Position numbers and translations under genes: made by a program. A DNA stretch of 64,000 bases, from the NCBI GenBank assembly GCA_977030845.1, contig OZ365110.1, positions 25,606,001-25,670,000 of the forward strand, in the 5' to 3' direction. The DNA is from Fimbriosthenelais zetlandica (taxonomy: Eukaryota). Each line of letters starts with the position of its first letter. The stretch's first letter is position 1. This document shows, piece by piece, positions 24,420 through 33,500 of the stretch. Below the pieces are notes generated by a model that saw nothing but the letters and a program-made list of their open reading frames with translations, was not told where the DNA came from and made no database searches.

Positions 24420-24750
24420 TCTCCCTCAATCGAGCTTCTCCGCTAGCCTAAGGCAAATAAAGTGAGGGCTGGCAAGGCCGGGCCCTTGGACTGAAGTCAA
24501 TTTTACTACAAAAACTTGAATCGACAGCTGATCCAGACGAAACCTGCCCGTGGTATGGCCGCGGACCTATTTATCCACGTGACCACCCACTCAGCCAATG
24601 GGAAGCGCCAAGAGAGCCGCGCCTCCACTCATTGGTTCTCTCGATTCCTGGTTGGCGGCAGGTCACTCGTCACTAACGTTAGTTCCTTGAATAGCCGAGT
24701 AGATGGCAGTGGTGTAATGGCTTTTCCCGCCATCATTACTGGGCATGTGT
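24420..24750 (-). promoter_or_regulatory. GLDC promoter, CpG/GC-rich
   Basis: Local GC/CpG rise just upstream of the GLDC ATG. CCAAT-type boxes in both orientations (agccaatg about 24593, cattgg about 24630) and an E-box CCACGTGAC at about 24575. Confidence 0.6.
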
Positions 24751-24823
24751 AGGGCCTATACTACAGAAATTTACACATGTATTTACTAAATTAGACATAT
24801 GTATCTAGGCCTACATCACCACG

Positions 24824-24917
24824 TACAGTCTGTTCACTCTAAGTTGATCCGAAACTACAGTACCGGTACATGTATATGTATGGTGGTTTCGGATCAACTT
24901 AGAGTGAACAGACTGTA
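24824..24917. mobile_element. 90-bp mini-MITE, TA-flanked, 30-bp perfect TIRs beginning CAGT (Tc1/mariner-pogo type)
   Basis: TA-cagtctgttcactctaagttgatccgaaac ... gtttcggatcaacttagagtgaacagactg-TA with a 30-nt spacer. Confidence 0.8.
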
Positions 24918-25385
24918 GTAGGCCTATAGACAGTAGCATAGCCTATACAGTTGCTCACACATAGGACTACGCCGGGGATAAAGGACTAGGCCTACGAGGT
25001 ATAGGTCTACTGACTACTGCCATAGAACTTAGGCCTGTTTGTAGGGGCAATGACAAAGTAAATGAAGATGCTCATGGAAGAAGGATTTTTTTTCAAAAGC
25101 AATAGGCCTACAAATTTTACATACGGTAAGAGAATATAATTGTTTATTTAGGGCCTAGGCCTAGGGGCCCACATTACATGATAAAGACATAGGCCTAGGT
25201 CTACATGTATTTTTCTCTATCTACTTTTCATAACATTTACAAACTAATGGTGATTTTCGTTACATATTCCAGTTTTGTCCTCTTATAGGCGGGGAGAGCA
25301 TAATAATTAGGCCTAAGCCTATATCGGACAAATAGGGGCCTACGCAGAGATGTATTTAACATATATCCTCCATTGTCATGGAGTT

Positions 25386-26599
25386 TTAAATCTCAAAGTC
25401 CAGCTCCAGACCCTTGGCAACCAATCTCTCTTCATACAAACGTTTTATCTTCTCCAGATGTTGATCACTGAAGTAATTCACCCAGTCGCCCACTTTACCC
25501 TTCCTCATGAAAGGCACAATATCGTGTTTCATGAAAGGATAGCTTTCCTTATTCACTTTGGGATTATCCTTCATCTTATCAAACGCCGTTTTCTCAAGGA
25601 TAACATCTATACAAGATTTACCCAAAGTCACATCAAGAAATTTAGCCACTTCTAGAACCGCCTCACGGGGGCTTTTACACATATCTTCATATTGAACATA
25701 CAGAATATGATCAGCGTTTGTTTCCCGTGCTTCCCACCATCCTTCAACATGTTCGAAATAATCCCCAAAACATAGCAGATCTTTGAAGTAAACTTCATCC
25801 AGAAATTCAGCAAAACTTCCCTGGAACAAGCCTAATGATGTGTTCATCCGCGTGAAATGATAAAAGGACACCAGGGTGTCACAAGGATTTCTCATCACGT
25901 AAATGACTTTAGGTTTGGATTTCTTGAATGCTCTGCTGAGGAAACGGAACTGAAGGTGCGTCATGAAGTGTCTGGGGGCAGGTTTTGCTGACTCAATGTC
26001 AAAGGTTGACTGAGCAGCATCGCTTCTTGTCATCTCCAGAAAAGCAGGACTTCCACCAATGTTCGTACCTTTAGAAAGGACCAAGCTTACGATGGCTGCC
26101 ATCCAGGTGGTCCCTTTAAAATAAAAATTTAATAGTAGGCCTAATGAAACAATTAATAATTCTTATGTCCATATATTAATTCTGTTGAACTAGCCTATTT
26201 TTTAAGCCTATAGGCCTAGACCATCATATGCATCAACAACTCGATGTAAAGGAAAGGTTTCAAGAGGAGAGAAATCCAATTTTAATAGGTATCTAGGAAA
26301 TACGCCCTAAAAATCCGACGTCCTTATAGAAATGAGTAGGCCTAATAAGCATAGAGAGAATATTATTTAAATTTTATTGAACTATTAGCCATGACTCTCT
26401 ATGATAGAGGTCTTCAGTCATAGACTCAGACTGTCAAATAAATTAATTTACCTGATTTTGGGTAAGTGGCAACCAAAACATCCCTGGGATCAAACCCATA
26501 TTCTCCTATTCGATCGATGACATCAGGGCGGAAGTGTGACGTGTATTTAACACCATGGTAGCTGTGAAGTCCCGGTTCACCGTTCTCATACCTGGACAT
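25386..26599 (-). CDS. Cytosolic sulfotransferase (SULT1-like), 291 aa, 2 coding exons (26599-26452, 26113-25386)
   Basis: The splice reconstitutes the 5'-PSB loop TYPKS|GTTW. 3'-PB motif RNPCDTLVSFYHF, C-terminal RKGKVGDW, catalytic His in HFMTHL. Confidence 0.93.
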
Positions 26600-26956
26600 G
26601 TTCAGACGCTTAAATCAAGAGAACTAAATTTGTATTATTAAAAAACCCCAAATATTATTAAGAAATGTTTAGCTTCCAAGTCTCAATAAAAAATATAATA
26701 GATCTATAGTTGAATCGTGATGTTACATGGGGAGAAGATAAGTATATGCGATCCACAATATCGTAACGAACCAACTTAGGCTAACTGTTGAATGTTTTTA
26801 AATAGGGACATTGACTGTCAAGTGTGACTCAATCCGTGAGCATCAGTGTACTGTAATCTTTAAAATGCTGCCCGCTTCAACTTGCTGTAAAACGTTGCAC
26901 TATAGGGATATTATAGAAAGAGTACATGGAATAGTCCTAGATCTAGTCACATGGTC

Positions 26957-27240
26957 AGGGACGGATCAAACAATTTGAAAAGGGGGGGTTAAAATTTGTG
27001 TTGGGTTGAGAGCAGTGTCCCTCTACACAACTATACGACAAAATGACGAAAGAAATCCCATAAGACCGTTCGGTACTGAAACCTACATATATATGATAGA
27101 TTTGATAGATTCCAACTGTCCCACCGCCTTTGTTTGGCCATATTATGTCCTGTCCAGATCTTTTATTTCTTCCTCTTTTTCCCAGAAAAAAGGAGGGGTA
27201 TACGATCGATCGAACCCCTCCCCCCCCCGACCTTGGCTCG
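26957..27240. mobile_element. Possible MITE fragment with G-run left end and C-run right end (Harbinger-like appearance)
   Basis: cagggacggatcaaacaatttgaaaaggggggg at the left end and cccctcccccccccgacc at the right. No clean TIR or TSD resolved. Confidence 0.3.
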
Positions 27241-27296
27241 ACGAGGCGGCGCCATCTATTGTAGCGAAGAAGCTACACAGTAGGTATTTCTATAAG
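27240..27296 (+). promoter_or_regulatory. Putative non-coding first exon, probably of the TRPV-like gene
   Basis: YY1-like gcgccatc followed by a strong donor aag|gtgagt at 27296/27297. A matching acceptor ctacag| lies at 29518, 11 nt before the ATG at 29530. The link is inferred across the gap. Confidence 0.4.
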
Positions 27297-27668
27297 GTGA
27301 GTACAGCGCCCCCTACTCATTGTCATCCGCATCTTCCCATAACGCAGTAAACACCCCGTCGCCTTTCTTTTTGTCAACAGAAAATGTCTTTTCACAACGT
27401 GTCACTTATAGATGAAATAATTCTACGTCATAATTCCCAGGCATTGATGTGTGATTTCTGTCGAATAAAGGGTGAAAACTTGAAAAAACCCCTGCCAGCC
27501 AATCAGCCATCAGAATGAATGCACGTGATCACTCATTCATCACAGAACAGCTATGAGCTACCGGTATACGACAGTGTACATATGGCTATGCTCTTCCACC
27601 ACCCTTGAACAGGGTAGGTAGGCTACACTTCTTTTCTAGGATTTTCAGAATATTCTTAACAATATTCT

Positions 27669-27816
27669 NNNNNNNNNNNNNNNNNNNNNNNNNNNNNNNN
27701 NNNNNNNNNNNNNNNNNNNNNNNNNNNNNNNNNNNNNNNNNNNNNNNNNNNNNNNNNNNNNNNNNNNNNNNNNNNNNNNNNNNNNNNNNNNNNNNNNNNN
27801 NNNNNNNNNNNNNNNN
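27669..27816. other. Assembly gap (148 N)
   Basis: Run of N, followed by CT-rich low-complexity sequence with (TCTG)n and poly-C. Confidence 1.
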
Positions 27817-29529
27817 TGGCAGCGGCATTGGTTTTCCTTATATTATCGCTCGCTGCTTGTGTTTACATCTGCCTTGGTCTTTACTCTCCCTCACACACAC
27901 ACACTACATCTGCGTCTCTCCCACTTGCTCTGTCTTCCCCACTTGCTCTGTCTGTCTGTCTGTCTGTCCTTCCCCCCCCCCCCCCCTTATCGACCGTGTT
28001 TCCTACCACCACAGGCCCACATTCAAAGTCTGTCTGTATGTCAGTCTCTCTGTCCCTGGCAGGACCACACTGAAGAGGTAAACAAATCGACAGTCATAGC
28101 AACAGCTGTATGATATCATTGTACCTTATGGTAGGCCTACTCATTCCCTACCAAACAACAATTAGGCCTAAGGTCTGCCCTGGAGTGGAGCCATAGGCGC
28201 AACGGAAGTGGCAGACCGTACAGAGGACAGCATATGTAGGCTAATCTTTTCTTCACCTTCATAATCGGGCGTGCACTGCACGCACAAACAGACATATTTT
28301 ATCATGTTGTCACCCCAATAACTACACAACATGAAAGCAGCAGTAAGGCTCTTACTAAGGGTGCCTGTAGTCTACAAACTTAGGCCTACTCAATTCCCTA
28401 CTTTCACATAATATTATGACTTCCCTCCTTCTAACTCAACTATCACTTATAAATGCATACTTTCTCACAGGCAACCCAGGGAAACTACAAAAAAAAGTAT
28501 ATATATATTGCTAGTACATGCTACTATACTGGATCAACCCATGACTGTATCAAACCATGACTGTCCGTCACGTGGCATAGATCTATATGATTAGGCCACA
28601 TAGAAATAGACTACTTGACTTGTTTAACTTCCTCCGACACATATAACATGACAAATTAACCATATACTTGATTGATTTTTAATTGACAGAAAAGTATACA
28701 ATTGACTAACCATTAGACTACATTTACATTATATAGGACAATTTATGTTTAAAAAATAAACCTAAAAAATGGGGTGCACGCTAAACAGTTTTTGTTATAA
28801 ATACACGTGACCTAAAAGGTAAGGTAATGTGTCGGACCTCAAATTACTTCAGGGTCTAATCTCGACAGGTGGACAGTCAGGTGAGCTATTCTTGTCAATA
28901 TAATATATGTATGGCATCAACATAAATTAAGCTATATAATACTGACACCGAGATTTATGGGTCAATTTTGTTTTACCCATATAGGCCTATATTTAAGGCA
29001 TCGCCGCATGGTTGAAACTCGCATAGGTTTCATTCACATGACATGACGAAAACATGAACTATATGTATGTTATCTAATAATAATTAATGAATGTAAATAA
29101 ACCCATTGCAATGGCATCGGTCTGGATCCGGGCCTGCATCATAGACTAATGGTGTTAATGGACTTTCTTGTTGACTCCATTACAGCATGTCATGGTGACA
29201 AAGTGCACCAATTTGTAGAATGTTTGCAAGCTTTATTGAATGATCGTTCATTTAATGCGTTCTTATTTGCTCAAACATGACATTTGATGCTAATAATATT
29301 TTATTTTCCGTCTGGTTTCCATTCCAGGTATAAATTTTATCCTGCAATAATAACGCACCATAAATGACTTCGTTAATACGGTTTTACATTGAAGCTCCAC
29401 TGTTGAATACACCTACGGACTTGGCATGAGACCTAAAGGCCCCTATCCTACAAATAATATCAATAATTAAGCCTACATGTACAGTGTAGGTCTTCATTGT
29501 ATCCATGTTTAACTACAGGCCTATTTAAA

Positions 29530-31326
29530 ATGGAGGAGGCTGTAATACTTCAAGCTGCCACTCAGAGGGCCATGATGGCAAACTCTGATTATTTAGATTA
29601 TATATCTTTCAAATATTGGTATGACGTAATAGTAAGCGATGATATCAAAGCGCTTTCAACCATCATAGATATTTGCACTGAAGGCGAGGTGAATTACCTG
29701 GCCTGTGCCAAGTTCTCCTTTTCTGGATGGAGCCCTGTGTCAGAAGAATCGGGTTTTGACAGATTTCTGGGTGACACCCTCTTTCATCTTTCTGTTCCCC
29801 ATGTCATAGCAGCTGCATTTTGTTCAGGAAAGGTGCTTCTGAGACTTCTATCTGTTGTCGGTCAGTCGAAGATCAAACTTCTAGATAATGAAGATACAAA
29901 TATTATACATGCATTAATTCTTGGTCAAAGAATGTCTGAGAAAACTTTAAATTTCCATGGGGATCTACCTGATTATATTTCATTGTACCGGGATATTATG
30001 CAGGGGATTTCTCATCAGTGTCGAAAGAGTCTTCTTATGCAATCCAATATGAAAGGTTTTCGCCCCCTAGAACTTGCAGCGCATTATGGACAACTGGAGA
30101 TCTTCATGGCGATATTTAGGGAAAATGGTGTTTATCGTCATCCTCAGAGAGTGACTGGTCTGGTGACTGAAGTGTTGTATGACGTCACTGAATACGAGTC
30201 CTGGAATAATAATTCGAGAAGTTATCTTTCACCCATTAGGCAGTTCCTCACAGCAGAATCTCATTCGCGGTTGATTTCTGTTCATGAGAAGTCGGGAGAT
30301 ATCTCAATACGAAAAGAACCTGTTCTGAATGCTTGGCTAAAAATGAAGGTTTCTATGAACGTCCCCCTAATCATTTTTTGTTTCTTTTACAGAGTTGTAC
30401 TTTTGACATTCATGCTATTCTCACCCTACGATTCAGAACTGGAATGTGTGCAGATGCATACTAATACGACCTCACATTTCTTTTCGATTATCGGGTTTTC
30501 AATGAGCAGCCTATCAATAGGGGCTTATATCATTGACATATGTCAAATGGCACTGATGGTCAAGAGGGGAAAACGTACATGTAGAAGTAGCTTCATGGCT
30601 GTGTTTAGTCCTGTGCTTCACAATGAGAGTCTGTTTTATCACTCAATCATGTGGCTGGTCTGTTTGCTTTCCAATATGTCCTTCATCGTGTATTACTTCT
30701 TTTACGCTAGTGTATATGTATATTTCACCTCTTTCTATAGCGTTATAGCAGCAATGAGTAACTGGACAATATTGTATTTAATTCAGACCTTACCAGTCAT
30801 TGGGATATACGTAATTTGCCTCACCAACATGCTCATCGTTATGCTTTCGTTCATCCCAGTGCTCCTTATATTCTTAGTTTCAATGGGAGCTACTTTCCGG
30901 GTCGTTTACATCTCCATGGGCATTTGTAGGCCAGAATTTGATAATTTTGTCAATGCTACTTATAACTCCTTTAGAATCATGATTAATCTCTTTGATCCTA
31001 CCAGCATAGTGTCTGCTGAACCTCATGTACAAAATTTGTACTTCCTCCATATCATCTTTACATTGGTCATTCCCATTATGCTTCTTAATTTCCTTATTGG
31101 ATTAATGTCAGCAACGGTGAATAAAATTTTGTCAGCTAGGGAGACACAACTGTTCCTGACACGAGCTCGTGTTGCCATAGACCATGAGATGGCATCATAT
31201 TTATATCTTGGTTGGCTATATCAGAAGAGGGCGAAGTGGTATTTCACTTCCAAGGAAGGATCCTTATATATTCGCTGTTTTGAGCAGAACAAAGCTACTA
31301 TTTATAGGCCTAAGCACTATATATAG
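29530..31326 (+). CDS. Divergent TRPV-family (TRPV5/6-like) cation channel, 598 aa, single coding exon
   Basis: Ankyrin-like NMKGFRPLELAAHYGQLEIF, linker TGLVTEVLYDVTEYE, six predicted TM segments, pore helix/filter NSFRIMINLFDP, S6 IMLLNFLIGLMSAT and a TRP-helix-like segment. ATG 29530 (aaaATGG) is preferred over 29497, which lies upstream of the putative acceptor. Confidence 0.85.
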   Translation: MEEAVILQAATQRAMMANSDYLDYISFKYWYDVIVSDDIKALSTIIDICTEGEVNYLACAKFSFSGWSPVSEESGFDRFLGDTLFHLSVPHVIAAAFCSGKVLLRLLSVVGQSKIKLLDNEDTNIIHALILGQRMSEKTLNFHGDLPDYISLYRDIMQGISHQCRKSLLMQSNMKGFRPLELAAHYGQLEIFMAIFRENGVYRHPQRVTGLVTEVLYDVTEYESWNNNSRSYLSPIRQFLTAESHSRLISVHEKSGDISIRKEPVLNAWLKMKVSMNVPLIIFCFFYRVVLLTFMLFSPYDSELECVQMHTNTTSHFFSIIGFSMSSLSIGAYIIDICQMALMVKRGKRTCRSSFMAVFSPVLHNESLFYHSIMWLVCLLSNMSFIVYYFFYASVYVYFTSFYSVIAAMSNWTILYLIQTLPVIGIYVICLTNMLIVMLSFIPVLLIFLVSMGATFRVVYISMGICRPEFDNFVNATYNSFRIMINLFDPTSIVSAEPHVQNLYFLHIIFTLVIPIMLLNFLIGLMSATVNKILSARETQLFLTRARVAIDHEMASYLYLGWLYQKRAKWYFTSKEGSLYIRCFEQNKATIYRPKHYI

Positions 31327-31669
31327 GCATATAGGCCTAATGAGTCTGAAGTTCAATCATAATCTCTTAATTCATTCACAAATGGATTTGCCTAATAGGA
31401 TTCAACAGGCTATACCCTTTGAGGCCTACTCAAACTCATTTGATTAAATTAAAGATAAATATGTACACAGTTATGTACGCCTATCTATAAGAATGACGAA
31501 TGCCTGAATTGCCACTAAAAGATGTAACATAAAAGCATGAGCTTAACGATCTGAACTCATAAGTGAAATAATTTTAGCTTCATCTGAGCTTGAGCTAATT
31601 TTTTATTTTTAGATTAACAATTGTACTCACCTAAACCTGTCGCTTCCATCGTTCTTTAATGTTCAATGA

Positions 31670-31800
31670 TTGGTGAATGCATACAAAACGCACGTATGTG
31701 AAGGCGATGCACGTGTGTGAAAGCGTGAAGTCACGCTATTGGTAGACTGTGATCACGTGAGTTGTTTTGGTCGAGAAGGACTGAGGACGGCTTAGTGGGA
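31670..31800 (+). promoter_or_regulatory. Promoter of the calmodulin-like gene
   Basis: Two CACGTG E-boxes (about 31710, and TCACGTGA about 31753), ATTGG at about 31738 and a CpG rise upstream of the exon ending ATG|gtgagt. Confidence 0.55.
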
Positions 31801-31897
31801 TCCCGCCAGGAGAAAGACGCGGATTTTAAAGCACCAGGAACCACAGAATATTTAGCTGATTGACGATTCTATTAGTGAAATTCGGACATAATACAAA

Positions 31898-33500
31898 ATG
31901 GTGAGTCTTACCACTTGTTTCAGACCTATAATTATACATAGTTTCCCATTGTCATTTTCAGGTAAAGCTATTGTTTTCGCATATTTGCGATATACCATGC
32001 ACTGTATACATTATTCTTTCAGCACGGTCACCTATACAATTCTAAAGTGTCTAAACATAATTAAAATATACAGAATTGTTTTCATAATAGTTATCAGTAA
32101 CGTTAGGCCTATGTCAATGTATGTATATGAAATATATTGACAATGAAAGAAACTTTTATTATAAATTTGAACTTTCTAGTATAGACCTACTATTGGTCGG
32201 TCCAGTGATGAAGCTTCGACCATTTTATTTGACCGCTTGTAAGCGTTTTATCCGCTTAATCATGTCCACAGGTACCGGTACATTCGCCAATTAATTATCT
32301 ACAGGTCTGCCTATATAATTTGAATTACTTGACCTTTGCCATTGGTAGTTCAAGAGGGATTCCTTCCAACACACATTATATACATGCACTTTATTCCTCA
32401 TCAGGGTCATGCAGATTTCCAAAAGGTAATTTTGTTTTACTAAGCCTATTTATTCCCACTGTGTACATAATTGATAAATTCGTCAATTGTGTTACAGTCA
32501 TAAGCCTAATTATATAATCTTTTTAAAATAATTATATTATCCTATCATTTCAGGAGAATGACTATCAACAAAAGATTTTAGGTATGTTCAATTTTATGAG
32601 CATGATCACGAAATAAATTCCAGATATTAATTAAAGAAAAGCAAATGAGGTTTAATGAAACAGTACCCCATGACTGAGTGATGGTATACAGTGTTTTTTA
32701 TTTGATCAGAATTCCGACGGGTATTTGATGTATTTGACACGGACCATGATGGAGCATTGTCTACAGACGAGTTGAAAGATTTGCTGAGAAAGCTGGGGAA
32801 GGACGTGACGCACGCTGAAGCTTACTCCCTCATAGATAGCCTGGATGAAAACAGTAAGCAACAACAGATTCATTGACAAACTTTGAATTTAATTAATAGT
32901 AGTTTCACGCCATGCCATATGCTGCTAGTATAGATACTAGTATGTAACTTTAATGTTGCTCATCTTTTCTCTTTTCTCATCTTAGAGTAAAATTTACTCT
33001 AAGCTAATATGAACAATCCTGAACACTTTTTTCTCTCACCAGGGAACGGTAAATTAGACTTTAGAGAGTTTCTGCAACTAGTGACAGGAACTGATCACCA
33101 GAGGTCTGATCTCATTCACGCCTTCAGGGCATATGACAAAGATGGAAATGGTTTTATAACCATTGATGAGATCAGGGAGGCACTTCAGGCTTTAGGCCAC
33201 ACCTATATCACTGAGGAGAAAATAGAGGAAGCTATCAGTTTAATAGACAAAGATGGGAATGGACAAATTGACTTCAAAGGTAAATGAGTTTGACTTTCAT
33301 TTTATGACGTTTAAAACCTATAGAACTATAGTCTCTATAAATTATTATCAACCGATCGATTTTTGAAATTGAAATTCTGCGGTTTCACATGAACCTATTT
33401 AATATTAAGAAGGCGATGTCTTAATTCTAAAAATACAAAGGGCTTACACAATACTTTTTTGGCGAATTTTGCAGAATTCACAGCAATGCTGACTCAATGA
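31898..33500 (+). CDS. Calmodulin-like 4-EF-hand protein, 145 aa, divergent paralog
   Basis: Exons 31898-31900 (ATG only), 32554-32581, 32710-32853, 33043-33279, 33475-33500, phase-consistent. EF loops DTDHDGALSTDE, DENRNGKLDFRE, DKDGNGFITIDE, DKDGNGQIDFKE. Confidence 0.93.

Noticed and set aside
27586-28113. ORFs spanning or next to the N gap
   Set aside because: Artefacts of N translation and CT-rich low-complexity sequence.
29497-29529. ORF-track start of the TRPV-like gene at 29497
   Set aside because: It lies upstream of a good acceptor at 29518; ATG 29530 has the better Kozak context.
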